Shown here piece by piece: positions 41,536 to 50,406 of a stretch of DNA of 64,000 nucleotides (position 1 is the first letter of the stretch; each line of letters opens with the position of its first letter). Position numbers and translations under genes: made by a program. Below the pieces are notes generated by a model that searched no databases, was not told where the DNA came from, and saw only the letters and a program-made list of their open reading frames with translations. This DNA comes from an uncultured Verrucomicrobiae bacterium (GTDB lineage: Bacteria > Verrucomicrobiota > Verrucomicrobiia > Limisphaerales > JAFGQR01). The stretch spans positions 1 through 64,000 of the forward strand of contig CAWBHS010000075.1 of assembly GCA_963788655.1 (NCBI GenBank), in the 5' to 3' direction.

Positions 41536-43274
41536 TGTGCCAAAACAACCAACTACCCTCGAATCGATTGGCCCATACGAGCAGGGGCCGATGGATCGTT
41601 CAACTGGTCGCCGCCGTCGGATTATCCTTAATCTCAGGGGGGGCCCTTTCCGCGGCGGTTTTTCAATACACCGTGCCGGTCAAGACCGCGAAGGGTGAGA
41701 GCACCGCCTATCTCTGGATTCCGCCAATGGAACGGCAGATTCGCGGTGTGGTGATGGCCGGCATGACGCTGATGGAACGGCAATTTGCCGAAGATCCACA
41801 AATCCGGCAGGCGTGCGCCACGGAACAGTTGGCCATCGTATTTCTGAAATGCGGTTTGGGCGCCGCGCAGTTGCCACAGGTATTGGATGATTTGGCCGTG
41901 CATTCCGGTTACCGGGAGTTGTCCGTGGCGCCGCTCCTGTTTGTCGGTCACTCGGCCGGCGGGCCCCAAGCCAAAGCGGCCGCAATCGAGATGGCGGGTC
42001 GCTGTTTCGGCTTGGTGCTCTATCGCGGTGGTGTGCCGGGAGGAATAGAACCGACGCCCCCAGGGATTCCCGTGTTGATGATGCTCGGTCAGTTCGATGA
42101 GTTCGGCGGCGCCATGCGCGATGATGCCGGACGTGAGGCCTGGGAGGGCGGCCGTGATGCTCTGGCGGCCTTTCGGACGAAGGATGAGCGTAACCTCGGC
42201 AGCCTCGTGGTCGAGCCGGGAGCCGGACACTTTGCGTGGTCGCACCGCAACGCTGCGTACCTCGCGCTGTTCATTCGCAAGGCGGCCCAGGCGCGCATTC
42301 CGAATCCGTGGCCCATCGACGCAGCCCAACCCGTCGCCTTGCGGACCATTGATCCGCGAAGGGGTTGGCTGACGGACCTGACCATTAAAACACCCGGAGG
42401 CTTGGCGCCTGCTCCGTACGACCAATACCCGGGACCTAAAACGAATACGGCCTGGCACTTCGACCGCGAACTGGCGCAGGCCACCCTCGCCTATCACGCG
42501 GGCGACGTTCCTAACCGAGCCGCGACCGTGAGGAAGCGCAGCGACACCGAGCCGCTTGCTGACGCGCGCAGCTCGATTAGCACCGCCTTCGGCAAACTGG
42601 ATCAATTCATTCAATGGCAAGATCCCCATTGGGTGGATGCCGGGGCGCGTTTCTTTTTTAGCAAGGTCGATTGGGTGGGCGACGGACAGACCTTTGAAGT
42701 GCATCCGGTTTATGCTGCAACCGTCCCGAGCCAGCGCGACGGCAAAGGGCCGCGTTGGCCACAGGCGGGCAAACCAGTCGGCCATTCGGACTCCCCCATT
42801 CTCGTGCGAGCGGTCGGCGGGCCAGCGGTGGCGGTTGGCACCAACCGGCTGCGCCTCCAATTCGACGCTTTGGCCCCGGCCAGCGATGGCAGTCGGGTGA
42901 CTCTTCTGGCCTACAGCGAGGGCGATGGGAAGTATCGCTACACCGAGCACATCGGAATGCTGCCACGAGGCTTTCGCGGGCTGAAAAGTGGCAAGCCGCA
43001 GACGATTTCGTTTGCGCCCATTGGGAACCTGAAAGCCAACGCCCCGCCGCCGCAACTCCAGGCGACGAGCGATGCTGGGTTGCCGGTGGAATTCTATGTT
43101 GCATACGGCCCGGCAATAGTCACGAACGGACGGCTGCGAATCGCCGAATTACCCACCCGAGCACAGTACCCGCTGGCGGTAAAAGTGGTGGCGTACCAGT
43201 TCGGCCGGGGTGTGGAGCCGCGGGTGCAGACGGCGGCGCCCGTTGAACAGATTGTCCGAATTGAAAGCCCGTGA
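41532..43274 (+). CDS. Secreted alpha/beta-hydrolase, related to the upstream gene
   Basis: Signal peptide; AYLWIPP..RQIRGVV, FVGHSAGG, PGIPVLMMLGQFDE, EPGAGHF; GTGA overlap with the upstream stop. Confidence 0.75.
   Translation: MMCQNNQLPSNRLAHTSRGRWIVQLVAAVGLSLISGGALSAAVFQYTVPVKTAKGESTAYLWIPPMERQIRGVVMAGMTLMERQFAEDPQIRQACATEQLAIVFLKCGLGAAQLPQVLDDLAVHSGYRELSVAPLLFVGHSAGGPQAKAAAIEMAGRCFGLVLYRGGVPGGIEPTPPGIPVLMMLGQFDEFGGAMRDDAGREAWEGGRDALAAFRTKDERNLGSLVVEPGAGHFAWSHRNAAYLALFIRKAAQARIPNPWPIDAAQPVALRTIDPRRGWLTDLTIKTPGGLAPAPYDQYPGPKTNTAWHFDRELAQATLAYHAGDVPNRAATVRKRSDTEPLADARSSISTAFGKLDQFIQWQDPHWVDAGARFFFSKVDWVGDGQTFEVHPVYAATVPSQRDGKGPRWPQAGKPVGHSDSPILVRAVGGPAVAVGTNRLRLQFDALAPASDGSRVTLLAYSEGDGKYRYTEHIGMLPRGFRGLKSGKPQTISFAPIGNLKANAPPPQLQATSDAGLPVEFYVAYGPAIVTNGRLRIAELPTRAQYPLAVKVVAYQFGRGVEPRVQTAAPVEQIVRIESP
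42511..42580. repeat. REP-like palindrome inserted in frame within the hydrolase CDS
   Basis: CTAACCGAGCCGCGACCGTGAGGAAGCG ... CGCTTGCTGACGCGCGCAGCTCGATTAG; ends are reverse complements; encodes PNRAATVRKRSDTEPLADARSSIS. Confidence 0.75.
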
Positions 43275-43412
43275 GCAAGCTTCCGCGTACATCCGCGCGG
43301 GCACTTATTTGATCCGTGAGTCGCTGGTTTACGGGTCGCACAGGTTCCCGCCCGCCAAACCTCACCCCAAGCCACTTAAAGAGCGAGAAGTTCGAGCTTT
43401 TCTCTCCCAAAC
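43270..43412 (+). mobile_element. Degraded fragment resembling the N-terminal SAM-like domain of an integron-type integrase
   Basis: REQASAYIRAGTYLIRESLVYGSHRF...PHPKPLKEREVRAFLSQ resembles the IntI pattern IR.RHYS.RTE..YV.W..RF...RHP..LGE.EV.AFLS. Confidence 0.45.
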
Positions 43413-43432
43413 GGCTCGGGCATTCTTGGGTC

Positions 43433-44051
43433 ATGTCCCGGTATCATGCCTGCATTTGTTTCCCGTTGATGACCAGGATCGGCCTGCCTGGCGCACTTGC
43501 CATCGCAACCTTCCTCTTCGTTTTGGCGGCCGCCATACTGGAGGCGTCTCCGGTCATTCTCGACGGCTTGGAAACTGGCAAACCGACGGTGCTGACTGCC
43601 GCGGAGGGTGCCTCCCTGGACGAGTCGGCCGCCACCAAGGCTGCTGGCAAGGTCGGGGGCTTCGACGCGGCGCAGGTTACGATGGTGTTTGCCTCGGCGG
43701 GCCGCGAACTTGAAGGGCAGGCAGGGCAACAACTTCGAAATGCTGGCTGAAAAGCGGACCGATCGCGGGCTGCCCAATGCCTGGGGCGGCCAGATGGATG
43801 CCGGCGATTGGGATCGCAACTCGCGGCATCCGGCGGCCAGGTGGTGGCTGGTGGATCTCTACGAATTGTTCCCGAACCGGATCGGCAAACTGAAGCTTGC
43901 CTTGCCACTCGCCGAAGCGACCAATGCCATCCCGGACATCCTCGAGAGTTATTGGGACATCTACACCGTGCCCTCGTCGAACGAATACATTATTCACCAA
44001 ACCATCATCCCCACCGCCTATTACTGGGGTTTCCTGGCGGCAAGAAAATGA
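43433..44051 (+). pseudogene. Four-segment internally deleted paralog of the GH9 gene at 25600-28667
   Basis: Collinear blocks matching the GH9 signal region, an N-terminal block, the DAGD block and the C-terminal 35 aa; one frameshift near 43730. Confidence 0.88.
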
Positions 44052-44064
44052 GGAAAGAAACAAA

Positions 44065-46410
44065 ATGAACTTTCGAGAATCAATTGTAATTTCATTGTTG
44101 GCTCAGGGATGCGTGATCGCAGCATCAGGGAATGAGATCCCGAGCGTGTTCGAGATGGCCCAGCCACGAAGTTTGCCCCCGGGCGCGCCGAAGTATAGCG
44201 ATGTTTGCATGCGGAATCTGAGGGTGTATCCCACGGATCCACACGATCGCAAGGATACCATTCGCACGATCAAGGAATTCCAGGTAACGCGGATGGATTG
44301 GACCTATGGTCTGTCACGGGAGTTTCTGGAGCAAGCCCATGCGATGGGCGTAAGCGTGCAGGGCACGGTGGGGAGTTTATTGAAGCGAGATAAACCAGGA
44401 GAGTTGAATTCACCGGCGAGTATCGGAATCGAGAACCTCGACGGCGGGGAAGTGATGGCGCATTGGATGCGGTCGGAGTATTGGCATGAGCGATTATGGG
44501 GTTGCGTGAACAAGCCGGCCTATCGGAGCGCCCGCCTGGAAGTCCAAAAACGCCTGCTCGATTTGGGAGTGGACCGGCTCCACGTGGACGATCCCGCGAT
44601 GAACAAGATGGCCGTGATGTGGGGCGCCTGTTTTTGCGAGCATTGCATGCAGGGATTTCGAGAGTATCTGAAACCAAACACGACTCAGCCGCAGCAAGAG
44701 AGCATGGGGATAAAGGATATCGGTCGCTTCGATTACAAAGAGCACTTAAAGCGTGCAGGAGCGCCGGTGGGCGATGCTTTCAATGGTTGGGAAGGGGGAG
44801 AACTCAAAAGGTTGTTCCAGGCGTACCAGGCCGAGTGTACGCTCGAGTTTCACCGTTGGAACCGAGAACAGTTGAACCAGTATGCGGGACACACCGTCGC
44901 GTATTCATGCAACAACGGCGTGCATGGTTTTTCGGGTGAATATGGCGTGTTCGACTACGCGCTGGGCGAGTTGTGGTATCGGGATGCGCGGCCACAACAT
45001 ATCTATGCAGCGGCCATGGAAGCGGCTGCTTTGGGCAAGATGCAGGTGATCACGATGCCCAAGCCTTACTATCACGAATCCAATCCCGAGTGGGAACGGC
45101 TGACCCGCCAATCCACGGCTATGGCCTATGCGTGTGGGGCCAACATCCTGGTGCCCTATGATATTTACCTGCCCATCCCGTCGCTGATCCGTTATTACGG
45201 CAGCCCGGAGCAGTATGCGGATCTGTTCGGATTTGTCCGGGGGATGGCAGAATATCTGGATGGGTATGAAAACGCGTACGCGGGAGGACGAACGATTGCG
45301 GATGCGCGGTGGACGGAAAAACCCGGTCCAGTACCAATAAGTGCCGACCGACGAGAAATGGCAGCCGTCGTACGAGTAAAACCGGGTCGGAAAGACAAAG
45401 TCGTGATTCATCTGGTGGATTGGGGGAAAGAACCACAGGCGTTCCGGTTGAACATCGATCCGGAGAGTTTCTACGGCGGTGACCGCAAGGTGCATTGGCG
45501 ATTGCTGGTACCAGCAGCATATATTCGGTCGGCGCATGAACGAGCCCAGGCCAGCGGAGACTACTCCCCGCTGGTTGCCGAAGCAGCCTCCGGGCAAGGG
45601 ATGATCAATGAGCTGTCGCTGCCGGCATTGCATCCTTGGGGAGTGCTGGTGTTGGCTCCAATGGAAAAGGTGGCGGGCTATCTATGGCCGCCCACCATCC
45701 TGGGTGAATCGCGGTTCATCGAAAACGGGCAAGTGGTGATCCGGTGTGCAACGAAAGGGGCTCAGATCCGGTTTACCACCGATGGCACGGAACCCAATCG
45801 CGAATCGTCATTATATACCGAGCCATTGGTCCTGGCTGAATCGACCGTGATCAAAGCACGTTCATTCAGAGACCATGCGGCGAGCAAGGTAACTGAAGGG
45901 CAGTTTGTGCGGGAAGAATCACGGGTGAATATCTTGCGGAACGGCGACTTTGAGAAGGGAATGACAGGCTGGGAAATAGTGAACTCAAACAGTGGAAAGA
46001 CCGCCATGCCAGGAGAAGTCACCGAACGGGAAGACAGCAAGGGGCGGGCATTGCGGATTGCTCCGGGAAATTCCGGCGAAAGAACGAGTCATTTCCGATT
46101 GACGCAACCTTTTACGGCACGTGCGGGGGGATACTATGATTTGCGCTGGCGGGCGCGCGCGGAGCAACCGACGACCATCGTGGTCAAACTGCAGGAGCCG
46201 ACCGAGCCCCATCGGGCGTTACGCGGGATCAGTTGCAATTTGGATCGCGAGTGGCAGGAGTTTTCCCTGCGAGGTTATAATGCGGACCGAAAGTGGGAAG
46301 GCCCCTGGCCCCAAGCGATTCGTTGCCGAGTGCAGTTTGATTTGAAAGTATCGATGGAAAACGTGGTTTGGCTGGATGAAGTGCAACTGGAAGAGGATTG
46401 GCTGGAGTAA
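44065..46410 (+). CDS. Secreted putative glycoside hydrolase with CHB_HEX_C/FN3-associated and CBM4/9-like domains
   Basis: Signal peptide; GCVNKPAYR..LLDLGVDRLHVDDP..CFCEHCMQGF; GAQIRFTTDGTEP..SSLYTEPL..STVIKARSF; NILRNGDFEKGMTGW...VWLDEVQL. Confidence 0.75.
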   Translation: MNFRESIVISLLAQGCVIAASGNEIPSVFEMAQPRSLPPGAPKYSDVCMRNLRVYPTDPHDRKDTIRTIKEFQVTRMDWTYGLSREFLEQAHAMGVSVQGTVGSLLKRDKPGELNSPASIGIENLDGGEVMAHWMRSEYWHERLWGCVNKPAYRSARLEVQKRLLDLGVDRLHVDDPAMNKMAVMWGACFCEHCMQGFREYLKPNTTQPQQESMGIKDIGRFDYKEHLKRAGAPVGDAFNGWEGGELKRLFQAYQAECTLEFHRWNREQLNQYAGHTVAYSCNNGVHGFSGEYGVFDYALGELWYRDARPQHIYAAAMEAAALGKMQVITMPKPYYHESNPEWERLTRQSTAMAYACGANILVPYDIYLPIPSLIRYYGSPEQYADLFGFVRGMAEYLDGYENAYAGGRTIADARWTEKPGPVPISADRREMAAVVRVKPGRKDKVVIHLVDWGKEPQAFRLNIDPESFYGGDRKVHWRLLVPAAYIRSAHERAQASGDYSPLVAEAASGQGMINELSLPALHPWGVLVLAPMEKVAGYLWPPTILGESRFIENGQVVIRCATKGAQIRFTTDGTEPNRESSLYTEPLVLAESTVIKARSFRDHAASKVTEGQFVREESRVNILRNGDFEKGMTGWEIVNSNSGKTAMPGEVTEREDSKGRALRIAPGNSGERTSHFRLTQPFTARAGGYYDLRWRARAEQPTTIVVKLQEPTEPHRALRGISCNLDREWQEFSLRGYNADRKWEGPWPQAIRCRVQFDLKVSMENVVWLDEVQLEEDWLE

Positions 46411-46468
46411 CCACCCTGACGTCACACGTGAAGAAATTGAGCAACCGGTCTTTAGTAAATACATGGTA

Positions 46469-49291
46469 ATGAAACATTCCTTTAGCCTGATCGTTGGTGC
46501 CCTCTGTCTTCCATTGCTGACGGCACAAGGCGCGGCTTCCACCAACAACGTTCCTGTGCGACTCGAATTGAATCCGCAGGCCGGAGTCCACCGGATGTAT
46601 GAATTGCCTGACTCCACTCCGGGCCGAATCCTGCCCGTCACCATCGAACTCAGCGTCGCCAGCCAGGATGGCAAGCCCCGGCAGGTGGAAATCCACTGGG
46701 GCGCTCGCGACATTTTTCATCAGCCCATTGCCTGGAACGAACAGCGCCGGATCGCTCTGCCTGCCGATGCCCAAGGTGTTCGCGAGCGCTTCGAGTTTCC
46801 CGCCGTCCAAGGCTTCTTCCAGGTATTTGCAGCCTGCGACGTGGACGGTATCCAGATGGAAGCCTCGACTGGCATAGGCATTGTGCCGCCACACCGGACC
46901 GGCGTGCGCCCCGACTCGTTTTTCGCCTCAAACACTTCGAACATTCGTCGCGGTCAGGATCTGCGTTTTCTCCAAATGCTCGGAATGAAGGTGCAACGCA
47001 CGCATCTCAATCCCATCCGCGCCAGCATCCCGGATCGCGCGGAGGGACCGCTCGAATTGAACCTCGAAGAAATGGACCGCGCCTTCGCCGACTGCAAACG
47101 CCACGACACCTGGATTATGCCCATTGTCGGGTATCACTTCGGCGAGCGGATGCGCTCGGAGTTGGCGCGCCGAACCGGCATGCACGGGCCGCCTCGGGAC
47201 GTGGGGGAATTTGTGAATACTTGGGAAACGATTGTCCGCCGCTACCCGGAGATTCGCACTTACGAATTTTGGAACGAGCCGTGGATCTACGGCTGGACCT
47301 GGGCTGCTGAGCCGGAGGTGTATCGTCAATTCCAAAAAGCCTGGTGCGAAATGGCGCGAAAATCCAATCCGGGCGTTCGCCTCATTGCCGGCAACAGTTC
47401 CATGTTTGTCGAGGACCACATCGAGCCTTACCCGGATTGCTGGCGGGGATTGCTGGATGGCACCTCGCATCATCCCTATTCCGGCGTGCATGATCCCACC
47501 TTCCGCAACAGCGGCCAGGGCCGGGCATTGGATCAAGGCGCTGTCGTCACGCGGCGGATGCAATTGCCCTATTATTACATGACCGAGGCCGGCAGTGCAT
47601 CCGGCGACGAGATTGATGCCTACAAGCTGGTGCAGTATTTCGTGCGATCCGCATTGGCCGGCGCTTTCCAGGGCAATGCTCAATGGGGATTTGGCTATCA
47701 TCCCGGCAACACCCGGGCCAATACCACCTTCGCGGTCATGACTCATTGGCTGGAGGATCGTCCGATCGTTGCCGACATTTGGCCGCATCATGAACTGTTG
47801 TGGGGCGCCATTTTCGCCCACCCGAGCCAGGTGACGGATGCGGTGAAACGTCTTCCGCGCGCCAACGAGCTGAGCAGTCGCTGGAACGTGCCGGTTCCAC
47901 CGGATCGCGAAGCGGATGATCTCAAGGTCGCCGTCGTATGGTGCCATACCGGCCCGGACGCGGGGAACATTGATCCCAAGGGCAGGTTGCTGATTCCGCA
48001 GCCAGGCGACATTCGCGCCTACGACCTCGTGGGGCGTGAAATTCCCCAAACCGACGGCGCCTTCACCGTGCCATTCGGCGAACGCGTGGTTTGGCTGACC
48101 ACCCGCAAACTGGATGTGGTCACGTTCCGTGATCGCATTGCCCATGCGCAACTCCATCGCCTGACTCCTTTGAATGCGTATGCGCTTTCCCTGATACACG
48201 CCCCACAACAAGCCCAGACGCTCAATGTGCGAGTCGAAAACCAGTTGAACCGCGCGGTCGCCGGGACGTTGACCATGACTCGGCACGCCGATGGCAAACG
48301 CAGCCACGCGCCGTTCACCATTCCGGGAGGTCAATTAGCCGAAGTCCCCCTCGAATGGCCAGCCAATGAACTGCCGCCCCAATCGCGATACGAACTGACA
48401 CTGGAATTTGAAACGGACGCCGGCTCGGTGAGCTACAGGCAGTCAGTGGCCAGCGCGCGGTTTTACCGCCGGCCGAACATTTCTGTGGACGGCAAACTTG
48501 ACGACTGGACCGGCGTGCTGCCCATCTATTTGGACAGCGCCCGACAGGATGGCAGACTGGACCCCACCCTCGCGCTGTTGAATCCCGGCAAAGTGCAAAC
48601 CGCCCGGGGCGATGGCGGCCGGGTGCAGATCCGGCTATACACGGCTTTTGACGACAACAACGTGTACGTAGCCGCCGCGGTGAATGAGCCGCAACTGACG
48701 TGTCGCGCTGGACAACCGGTGATTCGGCGTGGACCCGACGGCGTCGTCGAATTGCCGTATCGCATGGGCGAGCCGGAAGGTTTGGAGCACATCAGCCTGT
48801 GCGGGGATGCCTTGTTCTTCGCGTTTGGCTTTCGCGACCGGGTGCCCGGTTGGGGCCGCCAGATGGATGATCCCTGGGCTTGGAAAGGTCATTTTTATGA
48901 CACCGACTACCAATATGTCATGCACCCCTCCACCACCGGCCCAAAACTGATTCGACAATGGGGCGCCGATACGTCCCGCCGCACGGCCTATCAAACAACC
49001 GCCGTTCCCGGAGTCGGACCGGTCGAAGGCGCGGTGGTACGAATCGAACGCGATGAAAACACCCAGCTCACCATTTACGAAGCCGCCATTCCCCGCACCG
49101 AACTGGAGCTCTTCAATCCTCAAGCGGAACGGCTGCGCTTCAGTTTCCTGCTCAAATGCAACGAAGTGGGCTGGCCTTTGCAATGGGCGTCCGCGGCGGG
49201 CGTGTTTGATTATTGGCTAGGCTCCGGCTCGTTCAGTCCCAGTTGGGTTTCGGTTTTGCCGTGCCAAACCGTTTTTGGAATTGAAAAATGA
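46469..49291 (+). CDS. Secreted clan GH-A-like (GH39-like) glycoside hydrolase with C-terminal CBM9-like domain
   Basis: Signal peptide; YEFWNEP (acid/base), SHHPY, YYMTEAG (nucleophile); ISVDGKLDDW, AFDDNNVYVAAAV, YEAAIP. Confidence 0.72.
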   Translation: MKHSFSLIVGALCLPLLTAQGAASTNNVPVRLELNPQAGVHRMYELPDSTPGRILPVTIELSVASQDGKPRQVEIHWGARDIFHQPIAWNEQRRIALPADAQGVRERFEFPAVQGFFQVFAACDVDGIQMEASTGIGIVPPHRTGVRPDSFFASNTSNIRRGQDLRFLQMLGMKVQRTHLNPIRASIPDRAEGPLELNLEEMDRAFADCKRHDTWIMPIVGYHFGERMRSELARRTGMHGPPRDVGEFVNTWETIVRRYPEIRTYEFWNEPWIYGWTWAAEPEVYRQFQKAWCEMARKSNPGVRLIAGNSSMFVEDHIEPYPDCWRGLLDGTSHHPYSGVHDPTFRNSGQGRALDQGAVVTRRMQLPYYYMTEAGSASGDEIDAYKLVQYFVRSALAGAFQGNAQWGFGYHPGNTRANTTFAVMTHWLEDRPIVADIWPHHELLWGAIFAHPSQVTDAVKRLPRANELSSRWNVPVPPDREADDLKVAVVWCHTGPDAGNIDPKGRLLIPQPGDIRAYDLVGREIPQTDGAFTVPFGERVVWLTTRKLDVVTFRDRIAHAQLHRLTPLNAYALSLIHAPQQAQTLNVRVENQLNRAVAGTLTMTRHADGKRSHAPFTIPGGQLAEVPLEWPANELPPQSRYELTLEFETDAGSVSYRQSVASARFYRRPNISVDGKLDDWTGVLPIYLDSARQDGRLDPTLALLNPGKVQTARGDGGRVQIRLYTAFDDNNVYVAAAVNEPQLTCRAGQPVIRRGPDGVVELPYRMGEPEGLEHISLCGDALFFAFGFRDRVPGWGRQMDDPWAWKGHFYDTDYQYVMHPSTTGPKLIRQWGADTSRRTAYQTTAVPGVGPVEGAVVRIERDENTQLTIYEAAIPRTELELFNPQAERLRFSFLLKCNEVGWPLQWASAAGVFDYWLGSGSFSPSWVSVLPCQTVFGIEK

Positions 49292-49337
49292 TGAAACTTA
49301 AAAAAGAACAGAGTCAGCGCCATACATATCAGCATTT

Positions 49338-50339
49338 ATGAAAAGCAATCTCGCTCTATGCCCCGTCGTCATCGTCGTTCTCCTGGGAGTCATCGCTTCG
49401 GAGATGCAAGCCATCGTTCCGGAATACATTGTCAAAGATGGAGCCGTAAGCATCAAAGGTGTCGATGGATCGAACTCGATCATTTACGACAACGACTGGT
49501 GGTTCGATGTCTTCGACAACAATTATCTATGGGCCCAGGCCAGCCTGGGAAAAGCGCACCTGGTGGGCAACATCGTGAGCCGGGACATGTGGGACTGGGA
49601 GAAAGGCTATCTCTACCCGATGCAGCGTTGCGTGGACGACGCTAAGAAAGCCATTCAACTCGCACGAAAATCGGGTCTGAAACACATTCCCGATGCCACG
49701 ATTGGATCGGATCAAATTCTTCGGGCACCGCAAAACGGTCGCATTGAAGACACCCTGGCTCACCCTACGGATGGCAGCCGCTTGATCGTTCGCGAAGCTC
49801 GAAAAGCGTCGCCGGAAAAGCCACTGGTAATCGTGGCAGGCGGACCGTTGACCACGGTTGCCAATGCATTACTGACGGATCCAGACATCGCCCCCAACCT
49901 CGTCGTGTTTGGACTGACCGTGAGTTTCTACGGTTACAACGGCAAGGATGGCTGGAGCGCATACATCGTCGCAAAACGCGCGCGCCTGGTGGAATGGGCC
50001 ACCAAAACTTTCTGGATCAAAGGGTCGGTGTTCCAGCCCCAGCATTTCAACAAGTTGCCGGACAATCCATTCTGCAACGAAATGAAATCATTCATTCGCA
50101 AGGACCTCGGCCTGGCCAATCAACTCGGGGACGGGGCGCCCCTGGTCTGGCTTTACGATCCCAAGTGCTGGACCGGCGCGCGAACGCGCCAAGCCGTTTG
50201 GCGAGGCAAGGCAGTTGATTTCAACGAGAGCAACGAGGGTGACGTTCTGGACATTCCCCGGGATAAAACTGATTTGGAGCGTTGCCGCAAAGAATTCTTC
50301 CGGGTGATGGAAAATCCGCGGGTTTACCAAGAGGATTGA
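49338..50339 (+). CDS. Secreted nucleoside-hydrolase-fold protein
   Basis: IIYDNDWWFD, GSRLIVREARKASPEKPLVIVAGGPLTTVANAL, YNGKD, LGDGAP; N-terminal signal peptide. Confidence 0.65.
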   Translation: MKSNLALCPVVIVVLLGVIASEMQAIVPEYIVKDGAVSIKGVDGSNSIIYDNDWWFDVFDNNYLWAQASLGKAHLVGNIVSRDMWDWEKGYLYPMQRCVDDAKKAIQLARKSGLKHIPDATIGSDQILRAPQNGRIEDTLAHPTDGSRLIVREARKASPEKPLVIVAGGPLTTVANALLTDPDIAPNLVVFGLTVSFYGYNGKDGWSAYIVAKRARLVEWATKTFWIKGSVFQPQHFNKLPDNPFCNEMKSFIRKDLGLANQLGDGAPLVWLYDPKCWTGARTRQAVWRGKAVDFNESNEGDVLDIPRDKTDLERCRKEFFRVMENPRVYQED

Positions 50340-50406
50340 GGGCGAGCAGCCGGTCGCGATGTGCTTCGACACGCACAGGCACAGCCCCATTCCGCAACGT
50401 GGCGGT

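Noticed and set aside
43433..44051. Diversity-generating retroelement template repeat for the GH9 gene
   Set aside because: Mismatches are mostly synonymous third-position changes involving all bases, not adenine-specific; no reverse transcriptase in the window.
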